Shown one piece after another: positions 57,476 through 64,000 of a stretch of DNA of 64,000 nt. The stretch lies in the NCBI RefSeq assembly GCF_009914755.1, contig NC_060939.1. One strand, given 5' to 3'. This DNA comes from the human T2T-CHM13v2.0 reference genome, Homo sapiens. The translations under genes were made by a program, and so were the position numbers. Each line of letters opens with the position of its first letter. The first letter of the stretch is position 1. Below the pieces are notes generated by a model. The model saw only the letters and a program-made list of their open reading frames with translations, did not search any database and was not told where the DNA came from.

Positions 57476-58815
57476 GGTAACAGTGTTTTTTACATGACAT
57501 TCCCCAAACTCATAGAATATCTCTTAAATTTGGAACTTTAATACTAGCTCCACAGGAATGAACAAAACACTGTTCACGTAATCTCTGTGTTTTCAAAGCC
57601 TCTGGTTCACTTGAAATTGTGCCTGGAATGTTGTCTATACTAGATACTCATCTTTTGTATCAACTTTTTTAAAAAAGTTATTAAAATATACTTTAGTCAC
57701 TTGATACAGGAAGTACAGATTCATAAAAATAATAGAGTCCTAATAACTAAGTTAGTAATTAGTACATTCTACTTTGGAAACTGACCCCTCCCCCTTCCCT
57801 GCTTTTTGTTACCCATCCTTTCAATTTGGCAATTGTGTCACTATAAAAGAGCCTTAGTAATCATTGCAAATTAATGGAGAATTTGTGGCATTTAATTTAT
57901 TACATACCACATTCTCACCTAAATTACAGGGAAATTACAGAGGGACTTCCAGGAATATCTTGAAAGAAAGATAATTTCTAAACTTAGCAGAATGTTATCA
58001 TTGTAGTATCTAGGCTGTTCTCATGAAAGAATGAAAGAAAGAAGTCAACTATTTCTGTGTTCATGAATTTCATCATAGAATGAAACTCAGAAGGGGTTAG
58101 AGAAGTGTACCCTCCTTGCAGTCAAGGATGAAAAAGACTGGAGTCTTCAAAACAGAAGAGGTAGAAATGGCTGGATTGAGAGATCTCCAAGTCTTCCAGC
58201 TTTTTCTGGGGACTGATTCGGAGGTGAAAATAATGGAGCCCAAGTGTCAGAAGATGCATTAAGGATGCACAATAAATTGTTTTGTTGGTTATGGCACCTA
58301 ATTCTTTCTCACTGTGAATTTTCTTTTGCCACCTTCATAAGAGTGGAACTGCTTATTTGAAATCAAATTGTGTATAATTTTAGAAGAGATGGAAGTGTCA
58401 CCCACAAAATTACTAAGGGTGAGTTTTCATGTCATTTTGATTTTATATAACTAATGTTGATTTGATATGGTTGATATAGTTAGATTTAGTTTGATGTCAT
58501 CAGTTAAGAATATCTGATCACTGATCAGAAAGAAACCAACTTTATTAAATTGAATGATTGTTTGTCTTGCTTCATTTTCTAGGGCTTAACTATGAAAAAT
58601 GAATTATTCATGTTTTCATGTAGGCAGTACTAAACCAGACAAAGTTTGGGGGTTCATCTACTCCTAGAAGTAGCAGTGCAGGGCGTGGTGCTGGATGGAG
58701 AGACTATGCCCCATTCTAAAGTCTGCAAAGAAATATTTTGATTCTGAATTACTATAATTTACATAGGGTATTGCATGAGGATTGATGGAGCAATGATGAA
58801 GATACTTTGCAGTAA

Positions 58816-59064
<249 letters not shown>

Positions 59065-59732
59065 TGATTAAAGCTGTAATTTGGCAGACTACGTAATTTC
59101 TTTCATATATGCTGTTTCTTATGAGAAATGAAAATTAATTTCTTTTCATGGAAATGCAGTAGAATACCTAGTACCTTTTTGTTACATTTAGTTCTTTTTA
59201 TAAGCTGTCAAACTTTGGAAATTTAATTTCCTACAGTTAAATATTCTTGGTGTTACTTGTACACATGAACTGCCTACAGTACTCTACTAAAGAGCTTAGA
59301 ATGCATAAGTGCTCTCCATATGTATTTAGCCATTTTTCTTTATGTGTTGTTTATTTGCTTTGAGAGATGGCATTGGCTTTCAACATACTAACTTCTAGCC
59401 TCTCTCCCTCATCCTTGCTTCAACAGTCATCAGCCCTTTGCATCAGGAACTCAACAGCCCTGCCTCTTGGAAGCATATCAAAACAGACATAACAGATGAC
59501 ATTTCTTAGTTAACAATTAAGAGAAAATAGGACCAAGTCAACTTTCTACACACTGAGGTCACAAGGTTAGAGCCCTTTCCAGCAAAAAACAAAAACAAAA
59601 ACAAAAAACCCCCAAAGCTTTATAAAATGAGACCAGGAGGTGGAAAATTAGATCAAAGAATTGGAATAAAAGTAAGCACTCTGCTCCCAGACTTTCTCTA
59701 GTAAACTGACGAGGTTAAGAGATACTTTTCCA

Positions 59733-60191
<459 letters not shown>

Positions 60192-62503
60192 TTAATGGGA
60201 GGAAAACTGAGTAAGTGACTGAAATGCATAGTCTCAGTATGGTTTACACAAGTTTGCATTGAAAAATGCTGAGTTAAAATACCTTTTAAAATACGGGGTT
60301 TTACTGTTATATTTGGCTGTAGCCCATGTTTAATTTATTTTAAATCCTTTGGAAAGAACTGGGATAGTCGTATGGAATCCAAAAAGATATATAAAGAGGC
60401 TGTTAAAGGTGGGTTTTTGTGTTTCACTTTTGAGAATCAGAGGCTGAGAAAGCTACATTGTAGTGTAAAGAACCCTATGCTGAGTATGTCAGGACTTGGA
60501 TTTTACTATCAACTGTATTGTGAACCAGCCATTTAATCTTGGACACACTATTTTTGTCTTAGCTATTTAATCTTGGACGCATTGTTTTTGTCTTGAGGCT
60601 ACTTAAACTGGTTGATACCCAAATTTCCTTCCACTCTTAAACGTTTCTGATTCTTTGAGTAATATTGTGAATATGTGAGATAGGATCTAGTTTAGATTTT
60701 GAAGGTAGGAGTTTTATGTAGTGGGAAACTCACAGTACTACTTATTAATATTGGATTATTTTTTTCAGAGGCTTGAGTTACTTTGTAATAACTTGTTATC
60801 TCTTAGAATGCATTAAATGGTGCCTGGGTGCCTTATATTTCTCTCTCTTTCAGGCTTTCTTCACCGCCCCGCCCCCCCACCACCCCCCTTGAGTGCTGCA
60901 TAGGATTTTAGGAGAAGAAAAGTACTAATGTATCCAAACACTTATGTAATTTATGATCTTGAAATTAAGTTTACCTTCAGACATGAAATCCAAAGCAAAT
61001 CTTGCTTTTCTTTTTGCTATTTATAGGTCAAATGTGAAATGCTGTATTTTACTTAGTTTATTTATTTTTAGTATGTATTATGTACAGTGAAAAGTTAAAT
61101 TGATTATATAGTAAGCTAGTTTTCATAGAACCATAGAACCACATATGTATTTCTACCTGTCTATTGAGAGATCAGATAGAGTGAAGATTTAATGCTACCC
61201 TTCTTTATTTTTGTTCCCATTGAAATCCACTCTTTCACTAATTTTTCTCCTTCTATCCTAGTCATCGTCTAAACCTAAAAGGTTTGGTGAGATAGTTAAG
61301 AAGTTTTTCGTATCATTTTCAAACAAAAATCTGGATCCAGTTTCTCCTTGGCAACTCTTCTTGCCAAGGAGAACTTTATGGTTGTCTTTGAAGCCTCCCT
61401 CAGTACTACTTTATAGGGAAATTATCAGCTTTTGGGGTTTCATCTTTTAACAGTATTCACCATCTTGACCATTTTTTTCATAATCATAAGCATAAATGGG
61501 TATAATTGTGTTGATAAGAATCTCAACTAAAGTACTTCATTCTCCTATTTTAGTATATTGAATTTCTTAAATTCTTATTTAAGTACATTGAGGTTCTTAA
61601 ATTCAAAAATAAATATTAATGTTGGCTAAAGACTAGTTTTGACTTGTTAGTTAAAAATTTGTCAACTTAAACAATGTAGTTGCAGATACTTCAGTAGAAA
61701 TCAAGTAAATGAAATTTATTTAGACTTTATCATATTATATAAATATTACATTTCTATCAGCAGATTCCATTATTTAAAAATAATTTGATTTTCAGTAACA
61801 TCACTAAATAGAAATTTTTTATTATACTTTTTATAACATTTGAAAATGCTTAGTAGGCCAAAAAAAGGGTATTAGAAACTGCAAAATGAGTAATTTGTTG
61901 GAGATACAATATACCTGCTTTAAACTTAACATGAATTGAACTATCTGAGCTGCCTGCCATTCTATCCCTCTCCCATTCCCATGCCAAACTATAAGGGAGA
62001 AACAATACTTTCTTTACAATAATATGAAACCATATTTGGCAGAAGAACCCTATTAATATTGTATGTTATATGTTACTGTATGGGAATAGTTACACAAAGT
62101 CATATTGATTGAACTTATTCTTTATTTAATAGCTTTTCAAGGGAAATTTTTGCTATGTACACTATTTGCCTTACAGGGTCCTGACTTTAATTGTAAGATA
62201 CCATTCTACTATAGTAGCCTTGATGCATAAATGAGCTCCACCTGAGTTATGTATTAAGCGGTCACAAACTTCTTATGTCTGTGTTAGGCTTATCCCCATT
62301 CTTTCAGAATTAGGAAAAGTCACTCTAGCATGGTTCCAGTCTGTGTGTCTGCCCTTGCTTTTACCAAATCCACCAGAAAAGTAGCCTCGCAGTTTAGAGG
62401 TGATTAAGTTTCTGGTTATCAGAAGTACCTACAGCAATCCATTCAGTGAAGAGGTTTCGCTAGGTTGACATAAAAATAGACATTGTACCTAAGAGTGGTT
62501 ATA

Positions 62504-62937
<434 letters not shown>

Positions 62938-63309
62938 CTACTTTTGTTAGAGTCCTGGTTTCTGCACTCTTCATCTGCTGTCTACCTGTGCAGAGAGCAT
63001 AGACACACACATGAACATATAGATAGAATCATGTTGTGAATAGCACTTCCAGTTTTAGAAATTTGTGAATGTGGTGATAAAGGTAAAGCACCTGAGACTG
63101 AAAGGAGTGATTAAAATCTCAGGTAGTTTAGACATGGGCAAGAGATCTAGTTAATGAGTTTGTTCCCTCTCTCCCTTGCTTTTTATTCTTTATTGCATAG
63201 AAATGTTGGTGTACCAGGCATAAAGGCCAGAGAATATTGTGGTTGTTCTTGTTCACTAAGGTGTTAATGACTTACTCTAGTTTCAGATTTTTTTTTTCTC
63301 TTCAGAAGG

Positions 63310-63550
63310 CTGTGCTTAAGAGGGCAGACTGTGAAATCATACTGCTTGGGTATAAATCGTAACTCTGCCACTTACTACCTGTGTGATTCTGGACAAGTTA
63401 TTTAAATCTAGTGTACTTCGGTTTAGTCATCTGTGAAATGGGGATAATGATATCTGTTTCATGAAGTTGTTGAGGATTAAATGAGGCAATATATGGAAAT
63501 TGCATAGATCAATGTCTGATATGTGGTGAGTGCTATATAAGTGTTGGCTT
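63310..63550 (+). mobile_element. MIR (near full length)
   Basis: ctctgccacttactacctgtgtgattctggacaagttatttaa...catctgtgaaatggggataat...gaggattaaatgag. Confidence 0.85.
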
Positions 63551-64000
63551 TAAACCTGTGTATCTCAAAATTCACCCACTAGATCTATATTTAACAATTA
63601 CACAAATTTAAACACATGGATACATTTGCAAATATGCTGTATTCTAAGTGTAATAAATGAGAATTATTTGCCGACTCAGTCATGCTTAATTTAACTACTT
63701 TTATTTATTTTAAATGTATGAAGGACATAAATAAAATCAATTTCCCCTCTTCAACTGTTTATTTCTTTCTTGGGAAAGCAACAGTCTCTTCCTGCCAAAC
63801 TTGGATATAAAAGTTATCAGTCTCTCTAGTATAACACCTTATACATGATGAGTGCTCTATACATGTTTGCTGAATATAATCAAATTCGGGAACAATCATC
63901 AGATTTACTAGATTAACTAGGCTGGGAGGTTGAGGAAGGAAAGAATCAAAGTTGATTTAAGATGAAGCTTGAAGTAGGTGGTGGTGGTATTAATGGTAAT

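Overview
Primate (almost certainly human, given an AluYa5 copy) genomic DNA: AT-rich, CpG-poor and repeat-dense. The only host coding sequence I can support is one 74-bp + strand exon (58970-59043, AG/GT flanked, peptide [25 protein letters not shown]), which I recognise as the N-terminal region of the E-protein TCF12/HEB (probably exon 4). The rest is TCF12 intron. It holds about 36 Alu copies or fragments, L1, L2, L3 and MIR relics, MaLR/ERV1/ERVL LTRs, a decayed ERVL-type provirus and hAT/Tigger DNA-transposon fossils. Almost all ORFs in the supplied track are repeat-derived or chance ORFs. I see no evidence of a new multi-gene biological system. The most interesting signals are mechanistic. 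(1) An Alu with an inverted 5' end whose TSD and microhomologies fit twin priming. (2) A tail-less 65-bp Alu head with a perfect 17-bp TSD. (3) A class III-type integrase linked to a gamma-type env relic, with a ~100-bp copy of its LTR end and flank inside env. (4) A young AluYa5 followed closely by three back-to-back hairpins. (5) Inverted Alus bracketing the TCF12 exon. Repeat subfamily names come from my memory of consensus sequences and need RepeatMasker/Dfam confirmation; many boundaries are approximate.
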